Below are positions 26,020 through 26,341 of a stretch of 26,341 nucleotides of DNA, one piece after another (position 1 is the first letter of the stretch; each line of letters starts with the position of its first letter). The position numbers and the translations under genes are program-made. The notes beneath the pieces are model-generated. The model made no database searches, was not told where the DNA came from, and worked only from the letters and a program-made list of their open reading frames with translations. The stretch comes from Promethearchaeota archaeon (lineage in GTDB: Archaea > Asgardarchaeota > Lokiarchaeia > Sigyniarchaeales > SOKP01). The stretch spans positions 1 to 26,341 of the forward strand of contig JAEOTA010000024.1 in assembly GCA_016840085.1 (NCBI GenBank). Direction: 5' to 3'.

Positions 26020-26341
26020 ATGGGAATGAGACTGACAGAACAGATTCAATTAAAAAATACTACACAACTATCTTATCTATGTCATTTATCCAAAAATCTC
26101 TATAATCTTGCCAATTATTATGTGAGACAAGAGTTTTTTTATTTGGGAAATTGGTTGAGATATTACGATTTATGGTATATGTTAAAAAATAAAGAGCCAT
26201 ACAAAAAGCTCCCTTCACAAACTGCTCAACAAACTTTAAAACTCGTGGATAAGAATTGGAAATCATTTTTCCAATCTTTTAAAACCTATAAAAAGCATCC
26301 AGAGAACTATTTAGGAGCTCCAAAACCGCCACGTTACAAAA
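26020..26341 (+). mobile_element. tnpB: IS200/IS605-family TnpB (RNA-guided endonuclease), N-terminal part, truncated by the window end
   Basis: Not in the ORF track. ATG at 26020/26026 reads MRLTEQIQLKNTTQLSYLCHLSKNLYNLANYYVRQEFF...YKKLPSQTAQQTLKLVDKNWKSFF...KHPENYLGAPKPPRYK, which matches the TnpB N-terminal pattern (KNLYN.ANY..RQ; LPSQTAQQ; W.SFF; P.PP.Y). Confidence 0.9.

Noticed and set aside
26060-26266. 68-aa minus-strand ORF in the track
   Set aside because: It is the antisense shadow of the plus-strand tnpB reading frame.
1-26341. CRISPR array, rRNA or prophage
   Set aside because: No regularly spaced direct repeats, no long GC-rich structural RNA and no viral hallmark genes were seen.

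Overview
AT-rich archaeal chromosomal window, most consistent with an Asgard archaeon of the Lokiarchaeia (Promethearchaeota). This is inferred from a tRNA with bulge-helix-bulge introns, GGTGA-type SD sites, oligo-T terminators, CdhD, archaemetzincin, an LRR protein and an IPGF-TM-basic C-terminal sorting signal. Most of it is housekeeping: an ABC exporter, a convergent dapA-dapB / lysA-dapF lysine cluster, an acyl-CoA ligase, an isolated cdhD, panB, a methyltransferase, a GNAT, tusA-dsrE with a divergent LysR regulator, and a three-gene inositol operon (IPCT-like, CDP-alcohol phosphotransferase, inositol-1-P synthase). The ORF track misses or mis-starts several things. (1) A tRNA-Pro(TGG) split by two non-canonical introns (25/26 and 58/59). 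(2) Genes whose conserved N-terminal motifs lie upstream of any ATG/GTG/TTG and just downstream of an in-frame stop, implying ATT (ino1), ATA (IPCT) and possibly CTG (cdhD) initiation. (3) A 35-aa zinc-finger microprotein next to a candidate structured sRNA. (4) A partial TnpB at the right edge. (5) The start of the ABC permease at the left edge. A membrane-anchored polyproline protein is a speculative cytoskeleton-adaptor candidate. All family calls come from motif recognition by eye; no database search was run.
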